Shown in pieces: positions 28,823-37,521 of a stretch of DNA of 62,163 nt. The stretch is taken from NCBI GenBank assembly GCA_963822585.1, contig CAWGIE010000018.1, positions 1-62,163 of the forward strand. Direction: 5' to 3'. The notes below the pieces were generated by a model. The model did not search any database. It was not told where the DNA came from and was given only the letters and a program-made list of their open reading frames with translations. Within the stretch, counting starts at the first letter, position 1, and every line of letters starts with the position of its first letter. The DNA is from an uncultured bacterium. GTDB taxonomy: Bacteria > Auribacterota > Erginobacteria > Erginobacterales > Erginobacteraceae. Made by a program: the position numbers and the translations under genes.

Positions 28823-31477
28823 ATGAATAAACTATTGAGAACCGTCTTCTTCGATAAGCACGTCGAGCTGGGGGCGAAGATCGTGGAGTTCGGGGGCTGG
28901 GAGATGCCGATCCAGTATCCGAACGGGATCGTCCAGGAACATCTGGCCACCCGGAGAGGCGCCGGACTCTTCGATGTCTCGCACATGGGGCGCTTCATTT
29001 TCCGGGGGAGCGGGGGCCCTTCGGTTCCTCCAGCACGTCCTCACCAATAACGCGGCCGCCCTCGAACCCGGCGAGAGCCAATACACGATCATCCCCAACG
29101 CCGAAGGCGGAGCGATCGACGACGCCTACCTCTACCGGTTCTTTGCCGACGAATACCTGCTGGTGGTGAACGCCTCCAACCGGGTCAAGGACTGGGACCA
29201 TTTCCAGACGATCCTCCCCGATTTCCCGGACGTCGAGCTTACCGACCGGACGGAAGACCTGGCCATGCTCAGCCTCCAGGGTCCCCTCTCCAAGAAAATA
29301 CTCCTGGAATTGATCGAAGACGGCCGTCTCCCCGAGCCGATGCGCAACTGCCTCTCCCGGATAACCATCGCCGGGGCCGATATCCTGATCGCCCGGACCG
29401 GGTACACGGGCGAGCCGGTCTGTTTCGAGCTCTTCATCAAACGGGATGACGCGCTCAGGATCTGGGACCTTTTGACCGGGAAGGGAGCAGTCCCGGTGGC
29501 CCTGGGAGCCCGGGATACCCTTCGCCTGGAGGCGGCGCTGCCTCTCTACGGCCATGAGTTCGGCGTCGACCCGGACGGCCGGGAGATCCCGATCTTCGCC
29601 GCGGGTCTGGCCAACGTCGCGGTCAGCTTCTCTCCCCTGAAGGGAGACTTTATCGGGAAAAAAGCCCTCCTCAAGCAATGGCAAGCTCGAAAAATGATGA
29701 AGAAGGATGGGGACTATTCACGGATAGCCGACCTTCCCCGGATGACCAGGCCGGTCGCGATCGCCGGAAGGGGGATCGCCCGGGCCGGCGACAAAGTCTT
29801 TCGCGGCGAGAAGCCGGTCGGGTACGTCAGCAGCGGGACCATGGTCCCGAAATGGAAATGGGAAGGCGAGGGACTGGAGAGCCGCCTGATCGATGAAAAG
29901 GAGATGCGGGCCATCGGCCTGGCCCTCCTCGACAGCGATCTCCGCTCCGGGCGACCGGATCGAGATCGAGATCCGGGGCAAACGGACGGAGGGGGTGATC
30001 GTCCCCTATCACATGCGGGCGGAAGCCCCCCCCTACGCCCGGCCGATCCAGTACGATCACCTCTTCCACGATGAAGATGCCGAACGCGAGAAGAACGTCT
30101 CCCGCAAGGTCAGGGACCTGCTGGAGCGGGCGATCGGGAACACTCGTCTGGCGCCAGCGGGAATGCGTCAACCTGATCCCTTCCGAGATGACCGAGTCCC
30201 CCATGGTCCGGCTGCTCTCGATCATGGATCCTTCCGGGCGCTACGCGGAACACAAGGCGCTCAAGGCCTTCGAGGAGACCGAGGTCTTCTATTACCAGGG
30301 GGCCGAGTTTATCGGCGGGGTGGAGAAACTCCTGGAGGAAGAGCTGAAGCTCTACCTTGGCTGCCGGGAAGTGGAGACCCGCCTGATCAGCGGCCAGATG
30401 GCCAACGCCGCCGTCTTCTCGGCCATGGTCCACCGGATAAACTTCGGTGACCGCAAGAGGGAGCCCCGGCGGCTGAGCCGGGTCATGAACCATCACATCA
30501 TGAAGGGGGGCCATCTCAGTTCCCAGCCGATGGGGGCGCTGCGCGATTACGTGGCCCGGGACCCCCGGACGGAGAAGCCGGCGGTCGTCAACTTCCCGGT
30601 GCTGGCCGATAATCCCTACCGGATCGACGTGGCCGCCTGCCGGGAGATCATCGCCGAGTACCAGCCGGAGCTGATCATCCTCGGCAAGTCCGTGATCCTC
30701 TACCGGGAGCCGGTGGCCGATATCCGGGCGCTGGTCGACGAGCTCTCCCCCGGGAGCGTGATCATGTACGACATGGCCCACGTCCTGGGGCTGATCGGCC
30801 CTTACTTCCAGCAGCCGTTTAAGGAAGGGGCCGAGTTGGTCACCGGTTCCACTCACAAGACCTTCTTCGGCACCCAGCGGGGGATCGTCGCCGCCGATTA
30901 TACCCGCGAGGACTACCGCTGGCCCCTCTGGGAGGCGCTGCGGAGCCGGACTTTTCCCGGCTCGGTCAGCAACCACCACCTGGGGACCATGCTGGGCCTG
31001 TTGATGGCGTCCTACGAGATGAACCATTTCAAGGATGAGTACCAGCCGAAGGTGATCGCCAACGCCAAGGCCTTCGCCCGGGCGTTGCATGACGCGGGGG
31101 TGAACGTGGCCGGCGATCCCGCGCTCGGCTACACCGAGACCCACCAGGTGGTGGTGAACGTCGGCTACGGGAAGGGACCCGAGATCGCCCGGCGCCTGGA
31201 GGAGAACAACATCATCGTCAATTATCAGGGGCGCCCCCAGGACGAGGGTTTTTCCGCGGCGGGCGGCCTGCGCCTTGGCGTCTCGGAGATGACCCGCTTC
31301 GGGATGGAGGAAAAGGATTTCGCCGAACTGGCCGGACTGATGCAGGCCGTCGTCGTCGCGGGGAAGGATCTCAAAGCCGAGGTAACCGCCTTCCGGGGAA
31401 AGTTCCTCGACCTCCGCTACTGCTTCACCGGCGGCGAGTTCGCCCCCCTGATCGAGAAGCTCCACACCCTGATCTGA
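28823..31477 (+). CDS. gcvT-glyA: Fused glycine cleavage T protein (aminomethyltransferase) and serine hydroxymethyltransferase, ~883 aa after removing three apparent +1 insertions
   Basis: GcvT motifs [32 protein letters not shown] and IEIRGK; then a linker; then SHMT motifs NLIPSE, GGHLS, DMAHVLG and TGSTHKT. Shifts occur near 29014, 29950 and 30145, with no stop-start junction between the domains. Confidence 0.85.
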
Positions 31478-31490
31478 AGCCGCCGGCAGA

Positions 31491-31709
31491 GTAGCACAGA
31501 CATTCCTGTCTGTGTCAGCCCCAGTCCAGTGTAGCACAGACATTCCTGTCTGTGTCAGCCCCAGTCCAGTGTAGCACAGACATTCCTGTCTGTGTCAGCC
31601 CCAGGCCAGTGTAGCACAGACATTCCTGTCTGTGTCAGCCCCAGTCCAGTGTAGCACAGACATTCCTGTCTGTGTCAGGCCAACGTAGCACAGACATTCC
31701 TGTCTGTGC
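31491..31709. repeat. Tandem array of six GTAG-REP-like units (40-bp period)
   Basis: GTAGCACAGACATTCCTGTCTGTG at 31491, 31531, 31571, 31611, 31651 and 31685; same core as the 19.9-kb array. Confidence 0.92.
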
Positions 31710-31755
31710 AGCAGTCCAGGCGGAGGCCATCTCCGCTATTCGAACCAGCCGGATA

Positions 31756-32331
31756 TCAGCCTTCCGCCCGGTACTTCTCCCCGATCGAGAAGGCCGGTCC
31801 AAGTTCATCCCCCATCCGGTAATACACCCGGTCCCCGGGCAGAAAGAAGAACGGCCGAAACCGGGCCAGATCAAGCTCCTTCTTGCCGGTGAGAACCGAT
31901 GCCTCGGCCCTGACGTCCTTGATCTCGCCGACGAACATCGTATGCAGCCCCAGCTCGTGGTACTGGAAGAGTGAGCATTCCAGAACCAGCGGAAACTCGT
32001 CGATATAAGGGGCGTCCACCAGCTCGCTTCTGACCGCGGTCAAGCCGACGTCAGCCATTTTGTCCGTGTCGCGGCCCGAGACCAGCCCGAAATAATCGGC
32101 GGCCGCGGCCTCTTCCTCTCCGGGGATATTGACGGTAAAGGCCTTCCTCTCCAGAATGTTATGGTAGGTGCTGGTGGCCTTCCGCAGGGATACCGTCAGG
32201 CAGGGGGGCTGCGAGCAGCAGATCCCCGCCCAGGCGGCCGTCATCGCGTTCGCCCGTCCGGTTTTGTCATAGGTCCCGATAACATAAATCGGCGCCGGCG
32301 CCAGTGTTTTGGCTCCCAGTGATATTTTCAT
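31756..32331 (-). CDS. Flavin reductase-like / flavoredoxin family protein
   Basis: GTYD...ANAMTAAW, FTVNIP, DYFGLVSG...DK, LEC and GLHTMFVGEI motifs. Confidence 0.9.
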   Translation of the reverse strand: MKISLGAKTLAPAPIYVIGTYDKTGRANAMTAAWAGICCSQPPCLTVSLRKATSTYHNILERKAFTVNIPGEEEAAAADYFGLVSGRDTDKMADVGLTAVRSELVDAPYIDEFPLVLECSLFQYHELGLHTMFVGEIKDVRAEASVLTGKKELDLARFRPFFFLPGDRVYYRMGDELGPAFSIGEKYRAEG

Positions 32332-32507
32332 CGCAACCTCCTTTATTTCGACCTCGTAGTGCAGGGCTTCTCGCAGACCCTGAGTTTACCGAAGGGAACC
32401 CTGCTCCTTGCCATTATGGACATCATAAACATCATATCACTTTCCGAACCGGGGGAAAACCTGAACTCTCCCCCCTCCTCCCCTGCTCGAAAAGGTTTTC
32501 GAGCAGG

Positions 32508-32750
32508 AAATTCTAAATTCTAATATTGAAATCCTAAATAAATCCTAAATCCCAATGACCAAATGTTCAAAATATCGCGGGGTGTCGTCCTATTGTTTTG
32601 AATTTATTAGTTTTGGTCATTTGATATTGTTTCCGTCTTCGCTCTTCGAGCTCCGCCGGACAGGTAGGATTTAGTATTTTCCTCCAGAGGCGGATCAGCC
32701 TTTGGCTGAAGATAGTTGAATTTGAGAGCTTACGAGTTTTTCGAGTAAGC
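32508..32750. repeat. AAATCCT-family inverted element, copy 2, carrying two nested hairpin insertions
   Basis: Colinear with 11581-11760 except for extra segments at ~32633-32665 and ~32680-32709. Confidence 0.82.
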
Positions 32751-32772
32751 TCATGCTATAATAGCCTCTCTT

Positions 32773-33582
32773 ATGAACAACCCCCCGAAAATGTCTGTCG
32801 GCGAGACCGCTGACGCCCTTACCGTGATCCGCTCCGGGGAACGGGCCCGGGAATTGGGTGTGGAGGACCCCTGCGCCGCCTGGTTTGTCGATGCGGCGGG
32901 ACGCCGGATGGCGGAGATGGCCCTGCAAACCGACCGGGTTTACGAGGAATTCAACCTCGTCCGCTACCTGCGCACCACCGCCCGGCTGCGGGCTCTTGCC
33001 CCCCGTTACCGGCAGGCGGTCTTTCTCGGCGCCGGGTTCGATTGCCGGGCAATCCACCTGGAGGTATTCCGCTCGGGACATACCACCGTCTTCGAGGTCG
33101 ATACCCCCGCCAAGACCGCCCACAAAAAGAAAACCCTCCGCGCCCACGGGTCGGCCCTCCCCCCCTGGGTCCGCCCCGTCCCCGGCGACCTGGCCCACGG
33201 CGACATCCCCCACCGCCTGAATGAAGCCGGATATGATCCCCACTCCCCGGCCCTCATCCTGGCCGAGGGCCTCCTCTTCTTTCTCCCGCCCCCGCTCACC
33301 GAAAAAATCCTCGACCCGGCCTGGCTCCCGCTCGCCGAGGGAAGCCGCCTGATCTTCGACTGCTGGTCGGCGGAGCGGGTCAACGCCCTGAACGCCCGGG
33401 TCCGGGAAAAAATCGGGACCGCACTCTTCCACCGTTTCCCCCTCGACCCGTCCCCTGCCGGCCTGAAAGCCGCCCTCCGCCAACGCGGCTGGCATGAAAT
33501 CCTGATCGAGCCTCTGGACCCATTCGCGGAAACCGAAGACGAGTTCCCCGGGAGCTGGTGGCTGGTGGAGGCAGCCCTCTAA
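32773..33582 (+). CDS. Class I SAM-dependent methyltransferase (LCM family)
   Basis: QAVFLGAGFDCRA, VFEVDTP, VPGDL and LAEGLLFFL motifs. Confidence 0.88.
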   Translation: MNNPPKMSVGETADALTVIRSGERARELGVEDPCAAWFVDAAGRRMAEMALQTDRVYEEFNLVRYLRTTARLRALAPRYRQAVFLGAGFDCRAIHLEVFRSGHTTVFEVDTPAKTAHKKKTLRAHGSALPPWVRPVPGDLAHGDIPHRLNEAGYDPHSPALILAEGLLFFLPPPLTEKILDPAWLPLAEGSRLIFDCWSAERVNALNARVREKIGTALFHRFPLDPSPAGLKAALRQRGWHEILIEPLDPFAETEDEFPGSWWLVEAAL

Positions 33583-33669
33583 CTACTGGAGCAAGATAAA
33601 TCTTCTCCGCTTAACTTTTCCCGCCGCATAAAAAACAACGCCCTTACTTTATCGAGTCTCAATCATTCG

Positions 33670-33748
33670 AATCGGAGTGGACATTTCTGTACGATCGTAT
33701 AGAAATGTCCACTCCGATTCTGTCTTTCTGCTTCTACGTTTCTATCTT
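33670..33748. repeat. Long palindrome plus pyrimidine-rich tail, copy 1 (copy 2 at 35696-35773)
   Basis: AATCGGAGTGGACATTTCTGTACGATCGTATAGAAATGTCCACTCCGATT followed by TCTTT(C/A)TGCTTCTAC(G/A)TTTCTATCTT. Confidence 0.85.
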
Positions 33749-33893
33749 GCCTGCTGATCCACCCCGCGGTAAAATTTATGTCGCCGGATATAGCATCACA
33801 TCGGCCTCCTCCTTTCCCCGGTCCCCCCGATTTGTCGGGGGTGGAGGATTAACGGTTCTCTTTATCATACCAATAGGCATAATAAAGGAGGAG

Positions 33894-33985
33894 GCCTTAA
33901 ACAGTATCAATTCATTGCAGCGGAATAATAAATAGGTCGCGCTATTTGTTACGGCTTCGCCGCCACTGAATTCAATTCGATAGGC
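33894..33985 (+). other. Degenerate attC-like site
   Basis: GCCTTAAAC...AATTCATTGCAGCGG...CCGCCACTGAATT...GATAGGC imperfect palindrome, ending 9 bp before the next ATG. Confidence 0.5.
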
Positions 33986-33994
33986 TTTAGAAAA

Positions 33995-34507
33995 ATGCCA
34001 TTCTGGTTTTACAAGAAGGATAAGAACGGCAAACGAAACTTATACAGCGTTAACATTGCATTCCCGATCTTAATAATTATATTTCTATTAGTTGTTGTAT
34101 TTATCCGTTTTCAAACTAAAAGAGATAATCAACCAATCATAGAAATAAAGGAAAGGATTTACTATGTTCCGGACGAGCAAACTCAGAATTTAAGAATCAA
34201 GGCAATGACTTTGCCCGAAATGCTAAATGCCATTGTTGATAAGCATATTTCTACCCAAAACAAAGCAATCATCATCCAAAGACTATCTAAATTTCCCGGC
34301 AAGCAAACCATAGAATCTATAATGCAAGTTTTAGACGATCAAAACCAAGTAATGAGAGATCACTTCATTCCAGAAGAAGGAGGAGGAACATGGGCACTTG
34401 CATTCATTCCTTTGGGAGACGTTGCCCTTGAAACTCTAAATAAGATTACAAACAATAAATTTTCCGACGCAGAAGAAGCAAAAGATTGGTATAAAAATCA
34501 GCATTAG
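33995..34507 (+). CDS. Hypothetical membrane-anchored protein (possible HEAT-like helices), cassette-like
   Basis: AT-rich ORF with one N-terminal TM segment, bounded by attC-like sites. Confidence 0.65.
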   Translation: MPFWFYKKDKNGKRNLYSVNIAFPILIIIFLLVVVFIRFQTKRDNQPIIEIKERIYYVPDEQTQNLRIKAMTLPEMLNAIVDKHISTQNKAIIIQRLSKFPGKQTIESIMQVLDDQNQVMRDHFIPEEGGGTWALAFIPLGDVALETLNKITNNKFSDAEEAKDWYKNQH

Positions 34508-34551
34508 TGAATACGCTTATCAAGTCGCTCCCATGCCCGCGCTGGCGCGCG

Positions 34552-34613
34552 GGCTAACATGCGATGGAACGGACATCCCCCTCCGGGGGATGCCGCTCAT
34601 TCGCGCGTTAGAT
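34552..34613 (+). other. attC recombination site (62 bp)
   Basis: GGCTAAC-ATGCGATGGAACGGACATCCCC-CTCC-GGGGGATGCCGCTCATTCGCGC-GTTAGAT. The core overlaps the next ATG. Confidence 0.8.
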
Positions 34614-35634
34614 GGTTCTAGAATCTCACGAGAGTGATGAGATGATTCCTTCAACAGCGAAAGGAACGTGGAAACTGGCCGATGCGATAATCGGTATCGT
34701 AGTCTACTTAGCCATCGTTGCTGTCGTTAGCCACATTCGGCCATACTATTTCGGGCCTCTGGGGAATTGGATAATATGGTTAGGTCTTGTTTTACTTCCG
34801 TTTGGATGGCAACTGTGCTTCCCCCTATGGGTATCTCGCAAGAGACAGTGTGGTCCTTTGATCAAGATCACAGGGAAGAAGCAGATTCTGACCGAAGCCG
34901 GACTCGCCCTCTTGCTTACAGGGGCCGTGATCGGCTTGATCATGCTCTTGCACATTGAGGATGTCATTTTACGTAACCGATGGATACGACTGATCCAGTC
35001 CGACATGCGACAATTCCAGATCCCGGTAGTGGTCCTGATGGTCACGCTTGGACCGATTTCAGAAGAGATATTCTATCGCGGATTCCTTTACAATTCTCTT
35101 CGTGTACGGCTCCCTCGATCCGTAGCTGCCAGTGCACAAGCACTACTGTTCGCGGTGATCCATCAATGTGGGATTAAATACTCACTCGTTTTGTTTGTTG
35201 TTGGCTTGTTCTTGGTTGGCATTTATGAATGGCGAAAAACCCTCCTCACACCAATATTTGTCCATATGCTTCATAACACTGTTTTCGCAGTGTGGTTTCT
35301 TACTGCGATTGTTGGATACGCGGATAGGCCAGTTTTAGGGGTGGGGCTTGAGAGACACGATAGTGGTTGCGAGGTCGTATATGTGATCCCGGACAGCGGA
35401 GCTGAAGCAGCCGGTGTTGAAGTCGGTGACGTTATTACGAACGTTGACGGCAACCGACCGGTGACAGTGGAGGATATTATTTCGATCATTTGGCAGAAAG
35501 AAGTCGGAGATCTCGTCGAAATCGAAATCCAGCGAGGCGAAACAATAATCGATGTTGAGGTGACACTTGGAAAGGAAGCTATACGTGAAGCTGTTCTGCC
35601 ACCATCTAACATTTATAAGGCCTCCGGACGTTAA
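34612..35634 (+). CDS. CPBP (CAAX/Abi) intramembrane metalloprotease with C-terminal PDZ domain, cassette-like
   Basis: PISEEIFYRG, LFAVIH and HMLHN motifs, then PDZ (LGV..SGAEAAGVEVGDVI). The inverse core ATCTAAC (35604-35610) matches the upstream GTTAGAT. Confidence 0.88.
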   Translation: MVLESHESDEMIPSTAKGTWKLADAIIGIVVYLAIVAVVSHIRPYYFGPLGNWIIWLGLVLLPFGWQLCFPLWVSRKRQCGPLIKITGKKQILTEAGLALLLTGAVIGLIMLLHIEDVILRNRWIRLIQSDMRQFQIPVVVLMVTLGPISEEIFYRGFLYNSLRVRLPRSVAASAQALLFAVIHQCGIKYSLVLFVVGLFLVGIYEWRKTLLTPIFVHMLHNTVFAVWFLTAIVGYADRPVLGVGLERHDSGCEVVYVIPDSGAEAAGVEVGDVITNVDGNRPVTVEDIISIIWQKEVGDLVEIEIQRGETIIDVEVTLGKEAIREAVLPPSNIYKASGR

Positions 35635-35695
35635 TAAGAAAAAATAGGCAAAAATCCTGCCGCGGAAAAATTGTCATCCTCGCTTCATTATCCGC

Positions 35696-35773
35696 ATCGG
35701 AGTGGACATTTCTGTACGATCGTACAGAAATGTCCACTCCGATTTTATCTTTATGCTTCTACATTTCTATCTT
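35696..35773. repeat. Perfect 48-bp palindrome plus tail, copy 2
   Basis: ATCGGAGTGGACATTTCTGTACGA|TCGTACAGAAATGTCCACTCCGAT (35696-35743). Confidence 0.88.
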
Positions 35774-35836
35774 TCATGCAGATCAGCATGTATAGTACTA
35801 TAGCTATAGTTATCCATATAACCGATGAGGTGGAAG

Positions 35837-36070
35837 ATGAAGACAGTTCAAATGACCCTGGATGAGGATCTGGTTAAAGCAGTGGATAAGGTAGTGGAGA
35901 AAATTCACACAACCAGATCCGCTTTTACCCGCAATGCCCTCAGGGAAGCGTTAAATAAGTTCACTGTTTCCCGGCTGGAACATCAACATAAGCAAGGATA
36001 TGAAATGTATCCGGTGGCAAAATCGGAATTCAGCGTATGGGAAGATGCTCAGGAATGGGGTGATAAATGA
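35837..36070 (+). CDS. Ribbon-helix-helix (CopG-type) antitoxin
   Basis: MKTVQMTLDEDLVKAVD...TRSAFTRNALREAL; ATGA overlap with the toxin. Confidence 0.88.
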   Translation: MKTVQMTLDEDLVKAVDKVVEKIHTTRSAFTRNALREALNKFTVSRLEHQHKQGYEMYPVAKSEFSVWEDAQEWGDK

Positions 36071-36378
36071 AAAGAGGTGAAATTCGCTGGTATAAATTCA
36101 CTCGCCCCGATAAAAAACGCCCGGTTTTAATTCTCACCCGAAACTCAAGTCTGGAATATCTTGGCGAAGTCACTATCGCGCCCCTTACTTCCACCGTCAG
36201 AAATATTCCCAGCGAGGTGATTCTTTCCAAGCGGAATGGGATACCGCGGGATTGCGCCATCAATTGTGACCATAGCCAGACAGTGGCAAAAGGCAAAATC
36301 GGAACTCTGATTGCCACGCTTTCACCGGAGAAAATGAAAGAAGTGCGCAAAGCCATAGCTTTTGCTCTTAGCCTGTAG
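36067..36378 (+). CDS. mazF: PemK/MazF-family endoribonuclease toxin
   Basis: MKRGEI, KKRPVLILT, IAPLTST and AINCD motifs. Confidence 0.88.
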   Translation: MKRGEIRWYKFTRPDKKRPVLILTRNSSLEYLGEVTIAPLTSTVRNIPSEVILSKRNGIPRDCAINCDHSQTVAKGKIGTLIATLSPEKMKEVRKAIAFALSL

Positions 36379-36462
36379 GTTAGGTTCTCGAACAGCGAAG
36401 GGCAACCCGGCCATCCCCAACCTTCTTGTCTTCAAGAGCAAATAGACGGAGACACAAAGATC

Positions 36463-36537
36463 ATCGAACAAGGGCGTGGACTGCTACAATCATTCGCGCT
36501 GGCGCGAATGATTTGAGGGTCACACCCAACGTTCAAC
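36463..36537 (+). other. attC-like site (75 bp) with GAAC/GTTC cores
   Basis: ATCGAAC-AAGGGCGTGGAC...AATCATTCGCGC-TG-GCGCGAATGATT...GTCACACCCAAC-GTTCAAC. Confidence 0.72.
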
Positions 36538-36634
36538 TCAGGTCAAATGCATGCTGCGTGGGGTAAGATGCCCATTGCACGCATAGAGGTCCCCCAGATC
36601 AAGATGGGCAAATCTTTCGATATCCTGCCTTCCC

Positions 36635-36672
36635 GGTAACAAATATTAACATATATGTTGCTGTTTGTTACC
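36635..36672. promoter_or_regulatory. Inverted repeat upstream of the AbiE-like pair, probable autoregulatory operator
   Basis: GGTAACAAA...AACATATATGTT...TTTGTTACC. Confidence 0.5.
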
Positions 36673-36724
36673 AAGAATGGTGCGCTGTTTGTTGAATACA
36701 GGGAACGTATTTAAGGAATAACGA

Positions 36725-37521
36725 ATGACAGTTGTGGAGCGGAAAGAAGTTGAAGCTATCCAGCGAGTTATCCCCAGCATGTGGCAACCCATCCGGTGGG
36801 ACGTAATCTGGCTCTCATCGGTGGATTCAGGTATCGCTTCCTGGACGCGAGCGTACGCGCTTCAGATGACATCGATTATCACTGGGCCGGAGACCTCGAG
36901 GAAAAGCAGGGAGGCCTCATCGATTCTTTCCGGCGTGGTTTGCTTCCCGAAGTATCAAGATTTCTCGGCTATTCGGGAAAAGTTGATGCCCGAACCGGGC
37001 CGGGTGCCGATTCTCCGGCTGTGCGAGTTGTCGACCTCTCCTTCTGGAAGGATGGGGTGCCCTACAGTCGCATAGAGGTACCTGTTGAAATAACACGCAT
37101 TCCTTGCGCGGATCCGGTTGAAGTTCGTACCGCGGGAGGAACGATATACGCGACAGCTTCAGAAGGAGATATGATCGAGAGTAAAGTTATCGCCATTCTG
37201 AACAGGATAACGCCGCGGCATCGTGACATGGTTGATGTCTTCCTTTTCCAAGACCGTTTTTGTCCGGATTCAGCTCAACGGCTGAAATCAAAGCTCCGCG
37301 CGTTACGGATGAATGATACCGATATCGAGAAAAAGATACGTGATCTCCGGGAACACTCGGATTATCACGCCAGGGCTATCCAGGAAGTGATTGACACGCA
37401 ACTCGATCCCGAAGCAGTCGCTCAACTTAATGATTGTGGCGGGGGAAAAATGATTCTCGACACGGTTACGAGCATACTGAACCGGTATATCGGTTTTGAG
37501 AAGACGAATGAAAGCGATTGA
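36725..37521 (+). CDS. AbiEii/AbiGii-like nucleotidyltransferase toxin (frameshift in C run 36772-36775)
   Basis: LALIGG...SVRASDDIDY nucleotidyltransferase motif, ESKVIA and RDMVDVF. The N-terminus MTVVERKEVEAIQRVI is in the adjacent frame. Confidence 0.78.

Noticed and set aside
28823..31477. Programmed ribosomal frameshifting in gcvT-glyA and the other split genes
   Set aside because: No consistent slippery heptamer or stimulatory signal, shifts go in both directions, and three in one gene is implausible. Only the IS3 site has a canonical signal.
33583..33990. Integron integrase or attI at the head of the cassette array
   Set aside because: No tyrosine-recombinase ORF on either strand; ORF 33705-33935 looks like a chimera of repeat sequence and a gene remnant.
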